From an uncultured Chloroflexia bacterium (GTDB lineage: Bacteria; Chloroflexota; Anaerolineae; CG2-30-64-16), in contig CAVZDU010000003.1 of NCBI GenBank assembly GCA_963774265.1, positions 192,001-256,000 of the forward strand: 64,000 nt of DNA. The letters are read 5' to 3'. Each line of letters begins with the position of its first letter. Positions within the stretch are counted from its first letter, which is position 1. The translations under genes were made by a program, and so were the position numbers. Positions 1-11,830 of this stretch are shown piece after piece. Below the pieces are notes generated by a model. It made no database searches. It was not told the DNA's origin and was given only the letters and a program-made list of their open reading frames with translations.

Positions 1-533
1 GCGAGGACCACCGGCAAGTTGAACAGCGATCCCATGCTGGCGCGGATCGTCTTCGGGTCAAAGGGGTCCACGGCCGGTTCCAGGATCACCACCCCCGCCG
101 CGCCCACCGCGTCCGCGGTTCGGATCAGCCCGCCGAGGTTTCCGGGATCCTGGGGTCGGTCCAGCACCAAGACCAGGCGGTTTCCCGTTTGCGGGAGCGC
201 AGACAAGGACGTGTTAAAGGTTTGGAATGTTGCCACAATCCCCTGCGGCCCGTCGCGATCCGACAGCGCAGCCATCACCCCCGCGGTGACCTGGTGCAGA
301 TGCGCGCCTGCCGCCATGAACCGCTCGATGAGCGCCGGCGCCTGGGGTCCGCCGAACTGCTCGGGACAAAAGAAAACCGGCCCCGCGCTGAGGCCGGCGT
401 CCAGGGCCATGTGCAGCAACTGCAGCCCCTCGATCAGGAACAGCCCCTGCTCCTCCCGGTGCTTCCGCTGCCGCAGCTTCCGCGCCTCGACGATGTGGCG
501 GTTGGCCGTTGTGGTGATGGCGGGTGTGGTCAT
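1..533 (-). CDS. TrmH/SpoU family RNA 2'-O-methyltransferase (5' part; runs off the window)
   Basis: Not in the ORF track. Manual minus-strand translation from the ATG at 533 gives MTTPAITTTANRHIVEARKLRQRKHREEQGLFLIEG...LVLDRPQDPGNLGGLIRTADAVGA, the SpoU signature. Confidence 0.85.
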   Translation of the reverse strand, partial: MTTPAITTTANRHIVEARKLRQRKHREEQGLFLIEGLQLLHMALDAGLSAGPVFFCPEQFGGPQAPALIERFMAAGAHLHQVTAGVMAALSDRDGPQGIVATFQTFNTSLSALPQTGNRLVLVLDRPQDPGNLGGLIRTADAVGAAGVVILEPAVDPFDPKTIRASMGSLFNLPVVL

Positions 534-568
534 TTGGGATTCCAGGATTTCTGTCGTGCCCGCGATAG

Positions 569-674
569 GTAGAGACGTTGCATGCAACGTCTCTACGGAC
601 TGCCGCGCTGCAACGTCTCTACGGACTGCCGCGCTGCAACGTCTCTACGGACCGCCGCGCTGCAACATCTCTAC
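569..674. repeat. REP-like palindrome plus three tandem 26-bp half-site repeats
   Basis: Perfect 28-bp palindrome GTAGAGACGTTGCATGCAACGTCTCTAC at 569-596, then GGACYGCCGCGCTGCAACRTCTCTAC x3 (597-674). Confidence 0.9.
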
Positions 675-681
675 AATATGC

Positions 682-1257
682 CTACGATCCGAACGACGAG
701 AGCGCGCGGCGCAGCCGTTCCTCCACATCGGTCAGATCCCGCGGCAGCCCCTGCACGGCGCGCTGTGCCTCGACGATGCTGTAGCCCAGCGCGGTGAGCG
801 CGTCGATCACCGCCGCGTCCGCCTCGGTCAGCGCGGCCAGCCCCTCGGCGATCTCCACCTCGCCCATCTTGTCCTTCAGCTCCAGCACGATCTTCTGCGC
901 GGTCTTCTTGCCGATGCCGGGCACGCGCGCCAGGACCTCCGGCTGCTCCTGGCCGATCGCGAGGCGCAGCGCATCGGGGGCCATGTTGGAAAGGAGCGCA
1001 GCGCCAGCTTCGGCCCCACGCCCGGCACCGTGATGAACTTCTGGAAGAGGTCGAGCTCGTCCTCAGTCGCAAAGCCGATGAGGCTGAGCTCATCCTCGCG
1101 CACGACCAGGTGGGTGTGCAGAAGGATCGGTTCGCCCGGCCGGCCGCGGCCAGCAGCGGGCTGCGGTCACGAGCACCCGCAACCCCACGCCGCCGACCAT
1201 CACGATCAAGCTGTCGTTCGATTTGGCGTATATGACGCCTTCAAGGATAGAAATCAT
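682..1257 (-). CDS. ruvA: Holliday junction branch migration protein RuvA (frameshifted)
   Basis: Segments in different frames: MISILEGVI..., VREDELSLIGF...VPGVGPKLA, VPGIGKKTAQKIVLELKDK...DALTALGYS. Confidence 0.92.
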
Positions 1258-1765
1258 CAGGTCAGGGCTCCGCCGCGTTCATCAGTCGTCTCAGCCGCTG
1301 CGCTGTGCAGGTGGCAGATGGCAATGGCCACGGCATCCGCCGCATCGTCGGGCCGGGGGATGTGGTCCAGGTCGAGCAGCATGCGCACCATCTCCTGCAT
1401 CTGCCGCTTGTCAGCGCCGCCGTAACCCGACCAACGCCTGCTTGACCTCGGCGGGCTTGTATTCGTAGACCGCCAACCCCGCCTGCGCCGCGGCCAGCAA
1501 CACCACTCCCCGCGCCTGTCCAACCGTGAGCGCGGTCGTGACGTTGCGGCCGAAGAAGAGCTCCTCCACCGCCACCGCTTCCGGGCGATACTCGGCCATC
1601 AGCGCGCTCATCGCGGTGTAGAGCACATGCAGCCGCTCGGGCATCGGCTCCCCGGCTTCGGTCTCGATCACGCCATACGCACCAGGCGCACCTCGCCGCG
1701 CTCGTCCTCCGCCACCAGCCCATAGCCGGTCGTGGCGTGCCCGGATCAATCCCCAGGACGATCAC
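1257..1765 (-). CDS. ruvC: Crossover junction endodeoxyribonuclease RuvC (frameshifted)
   Basis: [20 protein letters not shown] and [14 protein letters not shown] motifs across frames. Confidence 0.92.
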
Positions 1766-1766
1766 T

Positions 1767-2519
1767 CTACCTCGATCTGCTCCAGCGCTTCGTCGCGTGA
1801 TCTCCAGGTTCGAGTAGACCTTCGCCACGTCGTCCAGCTCTTCGAGCGCCTCGACCAGGTTCATCACCTGGAGCGTGTCGGCCGGCTTGAGCGAGACCTA
1901 GCGTCTTGGGCACCATGGCGACCTCGGCGTCCTCGATCTTGATACTTCGCATCCAGGAACGCCTGGCGCACGGTCTGCAGATCGCTCGGCAGGGTGTAGA
2001 TTTCGGCCACCTCTTCGCCGAACTGCACATCCTCTGCGCCCGCATCCAGCGCCAACTCGAAGACCTTGTCCTGGTCCTTCAGGCCCTCATCGCGACGGTG
2101 ATATAGCCCTTCTGGTCGAACAGCCAGCCACGCTGCCCGACTCGCCCAGGTTGCCGCCCCCGCGGGTCAGCGCGCGGCGGATTTCGGACACGGTGCGATT
2201 CTTGTTGTCGGTGACCACCTGGATGAAGATCGCCACGCCGTGCGGGCCGTAGCCCTCGTAGGTGACCTCTTCGAGCTGCCGCGCCATCGCTGTCCAGCCC
2301 GGCCCCGCGCTTGATGGCCCGCTCGATGTTGTCCTTGGGCATGTTCTCGGCCTTGGCCTTGTCGACGATCAGGCGCAGCCGGAAGTTGAAGTTGGGATCG
2401 CCGCCCTCGCGCGCCGCCAACTGGATTTCACGCGCCAGCTTGGTGAACATCTGCCCGCGCTTGGCATCGCGCGCGCCCTTCTTGCGCTTGATCGTGGCCC
2501 ATTTTGAATGTCCAGACAT
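1767..2519 (-). CDS. yebC: YebC/PmpR family protein (frameshifted)
   Basis: [15 protein letters not shown]...[39 protein letters not shown]. Confidence 0.92.
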
Positions 2520-2552
2520 GAATGTATACCCCCTTGGTATGCGTCTGTTCCC

Positions 2553-2601
2553 ATAGAGGCGCCTCTCGTGGACGCCCCGGGCGGTGCGCAATCGCCCGCC
2601 C

Positions 2602-2605
<4 letters not shown>
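2553..2605. repeat. Degenerate REP-like doublet between pyrG and yebC
   Basis: ATAGAGGCGCCTCTCGTGGACGCCCCGGGCGGTGCGCAATCGCCCGCCCCTAC: GTAG-type end on the minus strand plus short GC-rich hairpins. Confidence 0.45.
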
Positions 2606-4311
<1,706 letters not shown>

Positions 4312-4509
4312 TTAAATGTCGGGTATTTGAGAACCATGCGTCGGGCGATCATGGATGTGTTCCTTGGAAGCTGAATCGGGCGCAGTATACCACGCCTGCG
4401 ATCAAAGTCATAACTCAGGCGCATCGAAGTCTCTTTGCCCGACCTTCAGTTCTGTGGTAGAGTCGTGTCGGAGCCGGTGGAACCCGACCCCTAGATTGGA
4501 GACCTCCCT

Positions 4510-7509
4510 TTGCCGCGCACCTACGTCGCGCTGGACCTTGAAACCACCGGACTTAATCCCGAAAAGGATGCCATTATCGAGGTCGGCGTCGTCAAATATC
4601 GAGATGGCCAACCGGTCGAAGAATTCGACACGCTCATCAACCCGGGCCGCCCGATCCCTTACGAGATCACCCTTATCACAGGCATTCGCAACGAGGACGT
4701 GCTCGGCAAGCCCTCGTTCGAGCGGATCGCCGTCGCATTGGAGCGGTTCGTCGGGTCCGCGGTCATCGTCGGTCACAACATCAGCTTCGACCTGGGGTTC
4801 CTGCGCGCGAAGGGGCTGTTCATCGAGAACCAGGGGTTGGACACCTGGGAGCTCGCTTCGGTCCTGATCCCTGCGCGTCCCTCCTACAGCCTCGGCAGCC
4901 TGGCCGTCCATTTCGGCATCCCTTCGCCCAGCCAGCACCGGGCGCTCAACGACGCGGAGGTCAGCGGCAGGCTCTTCGAGATCCTCTGTGAGCATGCCGG
5001 TCTGCTGCCCAAGGGAGTCCTGGCGGAGATTGTCCGGCTGGTGCATCGGAGCAACTGGCCCCTGGCCGAGGTCTTCATGGATGCAGCGCGGGCCGCGGGG
5101 CTGAATCGCGTTGCTGCTTCAGCTCCGCCCCTGGAACAAGTCGTCCCCTCGTGCAGCTTGTTTGACGCCTGGCAGTGCGCCGAGCCGATGACCCTCAACG
5201 ATCAATCCACGCCGGTCGATGTCGAGGAGCTGGCCGCCATGCTCCAGCCGGGCGGCGTATTTGCAGATCTCTTCCCGACCTACGAGCACCGTCCCCAGCA
5301 GGTGCAGATGCTCGAGGCCGTGGCCGAGGCCTTCAATATCGGGCATCATCTCATGGTCGAGGCCGGCACCGGCACCGGTAAGTCGGTCGCCTATCTCCTG
5401 CCAGCCATCGCTCACGCGGCCCAAAACAATGACCGGGTAGTCATCAGCACCAACACCATCAACCTGCAGGACCAGCTCTTTCGTAAGGATCTGCCCGACC
5501 TGCAGCGCGTGCTCGAACGCGCATGGGCGCGGAGCGAGCCGTTCCGGGCCACCCTGCTGAAGGGCCGCAGCAACTACCTGTGCACCGAGCGCTTCGAGTC
5601 GTTGCGCAGCCAGACCTCTCTGACGAACGACGAGCTGCGCGGTATGGTGCGCATCCTCTGTTGGTTGACCCAGACGCAGACGGGCGACCAGGCGGAGCTC
5701 TCCCTGCCCTTGCAGAGCGACCGCACGGTGTGGGGACAGGTGTCCGCTGCCAGTGAGGGGTGCTCGCTGGACCGGTGTGAGCGGGAGGTGCACGGCCGCT
5801 GTTACTTCTACCGCGCACGCAAGGCGGCTGAGGCGGCTCACGTGATCGTGGTCAACCACGCGCTGCTCATGGCCGATGCCGCGACCCAAAACCGGGTGCT
5901 CCCCGAATATCATCGGCTGATCGTCGATGAGGCGCACCACCTCGAGAACGCGGTCACGGAGCAGCTGTCGTTCCGCGCAGACAGGCTCTCGCTGGGCACC
6001 TGGCTGAGTGCGCTGTTTTCCCCGGGGAGCGGTGTGGGAGCCGGGAACGCCACGAGACGTCCTTCGACTGGGCCCGCCGGCTCTGCTCAGGATGCCTTGT
6101 GGGGCCAGGGCGCCGACACGACTGCGCCTGCCGGCTTCACTCAGGATGCTCATGTTGGGGTCCGCACCGGGTTGCTCGGCGACATCTCTGAGGCGCTCCG
6201 CCCCCACCTGCCGCCGCACATCTTCGAGCCCATCCAGAACGCTATTATTCAGACGCAGGCCGATGTGGCGGCCGCGCGCTCCCGGTTGGATTTCTTCTGG
6301 CAGGTGATCGAGGAATTCGTGCTAGATGCTGCGCCGCGCGGCGAGCGTGACGAGTACGACACGCGACTGCGCATCAACTCCGCTGTGCGCGCCCAGCCCG
6401 TTTGGGTCGATGTTGAGATCGCGTGGGACAACCTGGGCGCCGCGTGGCAGTTGCTGACGGATGACCTGGACGCGGTCAAGGTCGCGCTGCAGGATGTGCT
6501 GGTCGCCATGCCCGAGACCCGGCAGCTGGAACGGCTCACCGGCGAGCTGGTGGGAATCATGGCCCGGCTGGCCGAGACGGCCGCCGCGTTGGAAACCTGG
6601 GTGATGAGGCCAGACGGCAACCAGGTCTGTTGGGTGGAAGTGAACAACGGCGAGCGACAGCGCCGGCCGGTTTTGCGCATGGCGCCGGTGCATGTCGGCA
6701 ACCTCGTGCAGGACAACATCCTCTTTCGAAACGACACCGTCATCCTGACCTCAGCCACGCTGCGCACGGCCGGCTCATTCGACTACGTGCGAGACCGGCT
6801 GGCCGCGGTGGACGCAGACGTGACGTTCGTCGGCTCGCCCTTCGATTATAAGGAGAGCACGCTGCTCTACCTGCCCACCGATCTGCCTGAGCCCAACATG
6901 CCGGCCTTCCAGAACGTGGTCGAGAACGCGCTGGTCGCGCTGGCCAAGGCGTTGGAGGGTCGGACGCTGGCCCTGTTCACCAGCTACGCGCAGCTCAAGC
7001 GAACGGCCAGCGCGATCGGCCCGGCGCTGACCCAGGCGGGGATCACCGTCCTGGCGCAAGGCGCGGGCAGCTCACGCCACCAGTTGCTGGAGACGTTCAA
7101 GACGTCGAACAAGATGGTGCTGCTGGGCACGCGGAGCTTCTGGGAGGGGGTGGATGTGGTGGGACCGGCGCTCAGTGCGTTGGTGCTCGTGCGGCTGCCT
7201 TTCGCCGTGCCGAGCGACCCCATCGTGGCTGCGCGGTCGGAGACATTTGACGACCCGTTCCACCACTACCAGGTGCCCGACGCGATCCTGCGCTTCCGTC
7301 AGGGCTTCGGCCGGTTGATTCGCAGCAAGACCGACCGCGGCGTCGTTGTGGTCATGGACAAGCGTGTCACATCGAAGGGCTACGGGAAACTGTTCCTGGA
7401 GAGCCTGCCTGAGTGCACGGTCCAGCAGGCGCCGCTGATGAACCTGCCCCAGGTCGCGAAGGCGTGGGTGGATGCATCGGATGCCTCTTCAGGGCATCCG
7501 ATGCCGTAA
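4510..7509 (+). CDS. dinG: DinG family helicase with N-terminal DEDDh (DnaQ-like) exonuclease
   Basis: ALDLETTG, HNISFD, HRALNDA exonuclease motifs; EAGTGTGKS, KGRSNYLC, DEAHH, TSATL and QGFGRLIR helicase motifs. Confidence 0.93.
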   Translation: MPRTYVALDLETTGLNPEKDAIIEVGVVKYRDGQPVEEFDTLINPGRPIPYEITLITGIRNEDVLGKPSFERIAVALERFVGSAVIVGHNISFDLGFLRAKGLFIENQGLDTWELASVLIPARPSYSLGSLAVHFGIPSPSQHRALNDAEVSGRLFEILCEHAGLLPKGVLAEIVRLVHRSNWPLAEVFMDAARAAGLNRVAASAPPLEQVVPSCSLFDAWQCAEPMTLNDQSTPVDVEELAAMLQPGGVFADLFPTYEHRPQQVQMLEAVAEAFNIGHHLMVEAGTGTGKSVAYLLPAIAHAAQNNDRVVISTNTINLQDQLFRKDLPDLQRVLERAWARSEPFRATLLKGRSNYLCTERFESLRSQTSLTNDELRGMVRILCWLTQTQTGDQAELSLPLQSDRTVWGQVSAASEGCSLDRCEREVHGRCYFYRARKAAEAAHVIVVNHALLMADAATQNRVLPEYHRLIVDEAHHLENAVTEQLSFRADRLSLGTWLSALFSPGSGVGAGNATRRPSTGPAGSAQDALWGQGADTTAPAGFTQDAHVGVRTGLLGDISEALRPHLPPHIFEPIQNAIIQTQADVAAARSRLDFFWQVIEEFVLDAAPRGERDEYDTRLRINSAVRAQPVWVDVEIAWDNLGAAWQLLTDDLDAVKVALQDVLVAMPETRQLERLTGELVGIMARLAETAAALETWVMRPDGNQVCWVEVNNGERQRRPVLRMAPVHVGNLVQDNILFRNDTVILTSATLRTAGSFDYVRDRLAAVDADVTFVGSPFDYKESTLLYLPTDLPEPNMPAFQNVVENALVALAKALEGRTLALFTSYAQLKRTASAIGPALTQAGITVLAQGAGSSRHQLLETFKTSNKMVLLGTRSFWEGVDVVGPALSALVLVRLPFAVPSDPIVAARSETFDDPFHHYQVPDAILRFRQGFGRLIRSKTDRGVVVVMDKRVTSKGYGKLFLESLPECTVQQAPLMNLPQVAKAWVDASDASSGHPMP
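6065..6149 (+). repeat. In-frame imperfect 31-bp direct repeat inside dinG
   Basis: CGACTGGGCCCGCCGGCTCTGCTCAGGATGC (6065-6095) vs CGACTGCGCCTGCCGGCTTCACTCAGGATGC (6119-6149): 26/31 identical, 54-bp period. Confidence 0.8.
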
Positions 7510-7512
7510 GCC

Positions 7513-8775
7513 CTACGCTCGCGCGCCCATCTCCACCGCCACTACATCATAATAAGTCCCCGCGCCAAACCCGTCGAACAGCACATGGTCGCCCGTGCGC
7601 AGTTCGCGCAGCTTGCGGAGGAAGGCGATCATCGCTGAGGCCGCGCTGACGTTGCCGAAGTCGCTCAGCAGCCACGGCATGGGGAAGGAGATGCCCTCCT
7701 TCTGCAACTGCTTCGCCTTCAACAGGTTGATCTTGTAGTTCGCGTGGTGGACGATGGCCACGGCAATGTCCTTGCCGGGAGTCCCCTGGCGGCCCATGCG
7801 GTCACGGTACGCGCCGTAGGTCGAACGCACCGCGCTGACGCCGCTGCGCACGAACAGCTTGACCATGCCCATCGGGCCGGCCATCACCACCGGACCCGCG
7901 CCAACTGCCGGTTCGTGTTGCAGCCCGGCAAAGCGCAGCGAGTGCGCGCCCGTCTCCTGCACTTCGAGCAGGGACGCCCGGGAGTGCGGGTAGGTCATCC
8001 GGACCTGGAGCAGCCCCTCCGTGTCGTAGACCTCCTGGCTGCCGCCCGCGATGAACTCCATAGTCTGGCCGGGAATCAGGCCGAACATGCCCGCGCCATT
8101 GCCGAAGAGTTGGAGCGCTTGCGCGTCCTGCGTTTGGCGCATGACCCGGCTCAGCCCCTCGATGCCGCCCACCAGCACCTTCTTGCCCCGCAGCGCCTGG
8201 GCCAGGTTATGGCCCAAACCGGCCTCCGGGTTCAGCGCCAGGTTGAGCGCGGCCACTGAGCCATCACACGCCTTGTGGACGCTGACCTTCAAGCTGCGCT
8301 CGGGCACGCCTGCCTTGGCGGCGATGCGCTCGACATAATCCTGGCAGACCGGCGTCGTGATGCCGACTAGCAGCGCGTCTACTTCGGCCGGCTCCCACCC
8401 CGCGGCGTGGCTGGCCTCGGTGATGAAGCGCGCCCCGACCTCGATCTCGAGGTCCAGGTGTTCCTGGGCAGACAAGGCCGGCACGTGGTGCCGGTACAGG
8501 AAGCCTAGCTCGCCTACGTTCAACGGTCCATTGTCGCCGATGGAGTGGCCCAGGATGCTCTCCACCGTCGCGGTCAGTTCTGCGTTCGGGCAGCAGGCGC
8601 CCCACGTACCATACGCGCCGCCAAGGCCCACGGCGGGATTTGCCGCTTGCTCGATACCCAGGGGCACGCCCGGCCCCACGTCGATTGTTTCCACGTGTAC
8701 GCCCGGTCGCTCGAAGAATGAAGTGGCCGCCGTCGTCTCGCCTGTCTGCGCTGTGCTCTCGTTCATCTGCTCCAT
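7513..8775 (-). CDS. FabH/KAS III-like thiolase-fold condensing enzyme
   Basis: Putative Cys-His-Asn triad in HKACDG, HHANYKI and FGNVSAAS; LFGNGAG; C-terminal GFGAG. Confidence 0.75.
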   Translation of the reverse strand: MEQMNESTAQTGETTAATSFFERPGVHVETIDVGPGVPLGIEQAANPAVGLGGAYGTWGACCPNAELTATVESILGHSIGDNGPLNVGELGFLYRHHVPALSAQEHLDLEIEVGARFITEASHAAGWEPAEVDALLVGITTPVCQDYVERIAAKAGVPERSLKVSVHKACDGSVAALNLALNPEAGLGHNLAQALRGKKVLVGGIEGLSRVMRQTQDAQALQLFGNGAGMFGLIPGQTMEFIAGGSQEVYDTEGLLQVRMTYPHSRASLLEVQETGAHSLRFAGLQHEPAVGAGPVVMAGPMGMVKLFVRSGVSAVRSTYGAYRDRMGRQGTPGKDIAVAIVHHANYKINLLKAKQLQKEGISFPMPWLLSDFGNVSAASAMIAFLRKLRELRTGDHVLFDGFGAGTYYDVVAVEMGARA

Positions 8776-8888
8776 CCCATATCTACGATAGGCCGCTTTG
8801 GTCCGGTCCTATATCGGTATAACACCTTAACCTAAACATAGTAGCGCAGAAAGGTCGTACGAGCTAATTTCGACGGGCCTCTGACGGG

Positions 8889-11092
8889 CTATGCGTGCGA
8901 AGGCGTGCTGAACAGGACCAGGCTGCGTGCCTTCCAGTTTGTACTTCGTGCCTCCCTTGGCCGAATGGCGCCGGGTCGGAGGCAGCGCCTCCCGCGTGTC
9001 CAGCAGCACCTCCCACCGGTTCCCGCCTGACTGAACGGGCAGGACGAACGAGACGGCCTTCCAGGTGGGGTTGAGCAGGATCAGCAGCGTATCGTCGACG
9101 ACAGGACTGCCCCGTCGGTCGACCTCATCGATCGCATCGCCGGCCAGGCGGAGGCCGAGCGCGGCGGCCGTCTTTGGCTTGCCAGTCTGCGTCGACCATC
9201 TCTTGACCGTCGGGCCGGAACCAGGTCAGGTCCTTGACCTCGGAGCCGAGAATCTGGCCGGCCCTGGAAGAACGTGCGGCGGCGCAGGCCGGGATGCTGC
9301 TGGTTCAGGCGAACCAGGTATCGGGTGAACTCCAGCAGCTCTTCTCCGGGCGGTCGATGTTCCAATCGATCCAGGAGGTCTCGTTGTCCTGGCAGTAGGC
9401 ATTGTTGTTGCCGCGCTGGGTGCGGGCAATCTCGTCGCCGGCCTGGAGCATGGCGACGCCCTGGGACAACATCAGCGTGGCCAGGAAGTTGCGCATCTGG
9501 CGGCCGCGCAGCGCCAGGATGGCCGGATCGTCTGTCGGGCCTTCGACGCCGCAGTTCCAGCTTTCGTTGTCGTTCGTCCCGTCGCGGTTGCCCTCGCCGT
9601 TGGCGTCGTTGTGCTTCTCATTGTAGCTAACCAGGTCGGCCAGGGTGAAGCCATCGTGCGCGGTGACGAAGTTGATGCTGGCATAAGGGTGGCGGCCGCC
9701 CTTCTCATAGAGGTCCGGGCTGCCTGTCAGGCGATAGGCCATGCTTCCCACCTGCCCGGCATCGCCCTTCCAGAACCTACGGACCGTGTCCCGGTAGATG
9801 CCGTTCCACTCCGCCCACAGCACAGGGAAGTTGCCTACCTGGTAGCCCCCGGGGCCGGTGTCCCATGGCTCCGCAATCAGCTTCACCTGGGACAGCACGG
9901 GGTCCTGGTGGATGATGTCGAAGAAGGCGCCCAGCCGGTCGACTTCATGCAGCCCGCGCGCCAGCGCCGAGGCCAGGTCGAAGCGGAAGCCATCCACGTG
10001 CATCTCCAGGGCCCAATACCGCAGGCTGTCCATGATGAGCTGTAAGGTGCGCGGATTGACCGCGTTCAGCGTGTTGCCTGTGCCCGTATAATCGAAATAA
10101 TAGCGCGGATTGTCGCCGACCAGCCGGTAGTATGCCGCGTTGTCGATGCCCTTGAAGCAGACGGTGGGACCCAGGTGGTTGCCCTCGCCGGTGTGATTGT
10201 AGACGACGTCCAGGATCACCTCGATCCCCTCTCGGTGCAGCGTCCTCACCAGGGTCTTGAACTCAGTAACCTGTTGGCCCAACATGCCGCTGCTGCTGAA
10301 GCGGCTGTCCGGTGCGAAGAAACCGACGGAGTTGTAGCCCCAGTAGTTGGTGAGTCCTTTGTCGAGCAAGGACTTGTCGATCAGGCACTGGTGCACCGGC
10401 ATCAACTCGACGGCGGTCACGTCCAGTTTCAGCAGGTGTTCGAGGATCGCCGGGTGGGTGAGCCCGGCATACGTTCCGCGCAGCTCTGGAGGGACGGACG
10501 GATGGCGCGATCGGTGAAACCCTTGACGTGCATCTCATAGATCAGGGTCCTGTGCCAGGGCGTGTGCGGGGGCGAGTCGTTGCCCCAGCTGAACGCGGGA
10601 TCCACCACCATCGATCTGGGCATGTTTGGCCCGCTATCGCGTTCATCGAACGAGAGATCACCCTTAGGATCTCCGATTATGTAGCTAAACAGGGTATTGT
10701 CCCATTTCACGTGGCCCGAGATCGCTTTGGCGTAGGGGTCCATCAGGAGTTTGTTGGGGTTGAAGCGCTGACCGATCTCGGGCGTGTAGGGGCCGTGGAC
10801 CCGATAGCCGTACAACTGACCCGGCCGGATCGAGGGCAGGTAGGCATGCCAGACGTGGTCGGTGTACTCGGGCATGCGGATGCGTTCGAACTCCTGGCTC
10901 GCCTTCGGGGCCATCGAACAGGCAGAGGTCCACGGCGGTCGCGTTCTGAGAGAACAACGCGAAGTTGACGCCGGCACCATCCCATGTGGCGCCAAGCGGA
11001 TAAGGCCTGCCCGGCCAGATGGGCGTGCGGCGCTGGCCTGGGGCGACCGTGTTGTCGGGCGCCGGCTGGGGAATCGGTTGAGCTGGTAACAT
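8889..11092 (-). CDS. glgX: Glycogen debranching enzyme GlgX (frameshifted)
   Basis: [63 protein letters not shown]. Confidence 0.93.
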
Positions 11093-11160
11093 CTCCCCTC
11101 CATTGATCCATAGTCGCGGTTCGGGTCCTGCGGGGCCTCGAAGGTCCACTCCCGAGATGA

Positions 11161-11817
11161 TCAGGGAACTATCGCGATCTCCGCCAACCCTGCCAGCGTG
11201 AGGATGTCCTCGGTGTAGGCTGCCACCCGCATTGTTGAATCCATATAGGCATAGCTGTTGAGCCGGCCTGCCCATGTCACCGAATCCCCGATGCGGCGAT
11301 AGGGATACCCGTCGACCCCCTCTAGTTGGGCGCCCTCGTCTGACTTCCCGCGGAACACGATCGTGGTCCCGGGGATCCGGTCACCCTTGCGCACGGTGTA
11401 GCCCGTGGCGACCTTATAGGTGTACTGCGCTCCGGCAGGCACGGCTGCGGGCTGTGGGTTCGCGCCGCTGATCGTCACGTGGACCGTACCCACCGTCTGC
11501 AAACGCGAAGCGTCTGCCAGGATGATGCGCAGCGGCATGGAGACATCAACACCGGGCGCAAGCGTCGCCTTCCAATCCAGCGAGTCCCCCTGCTTCTTGA
11601 CCGCGGCCTGGTCATTGATCAAAACCTCGGCCCCCAGGTCCGAGTAGCCGACAAAGCGGATGTTGGAGCCCGGGATGCTCTCGCCCATGCCGATGGTCTG
11701 CTCGGTCGCGCCGTCGAACTTCAGCACGCTGCCGCCCCCGCCGCCGGGGATGAATGAACAGCCGGCGACGATCATGGCCAACAGCAGGGCCGCCGGAATA
11801 GACAAACGTCGAATCAT
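11161..11817 (-). CDS. Hypothetical lipoprotein
   Basis: Signal peptide with lipobox IVAG-C; two internally similar halves (IPGSNIRF / IPGTTIVF; GDSLDW / GDSVTW). Confidence 0.7.
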   Translation of the reverse strand: MIRRLSIPAALLLAMIVAGCSFIPGGGGGSVLKFDGATEQTIGMGESIPGSNIRFVGYSDLGAEVLINDQAAVKKQGDSLDWKATLAPGVDVSMPLRIILADASRLQTVGTVHVTISGANPQPAAVPAGAQYTYKVATGYTVRKGDRIPGTTIVFRGKSDEGAQLEGVDGYPYRRIGDSVTWAGRLNSYAYMDSTMRVAAYTEDILTLAGLAEIAIVP

Positions 11818-11830
11818 GTCGCTGCTCCTT

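Noticed and set aside
534-682. Absence of ruvB after ruvA as a novelty
   Set aside because: ruvB is often unlinked and may lie just outside the window.
19-1425. Long alternative ORFs such as 19..1425, 12059..13300, 13975..15588, 15695..16921 and 47029..48264
   Set aside because: They are antisense shadows of recognisable genes, expected in high-GC DNA, and carry no family motifs.
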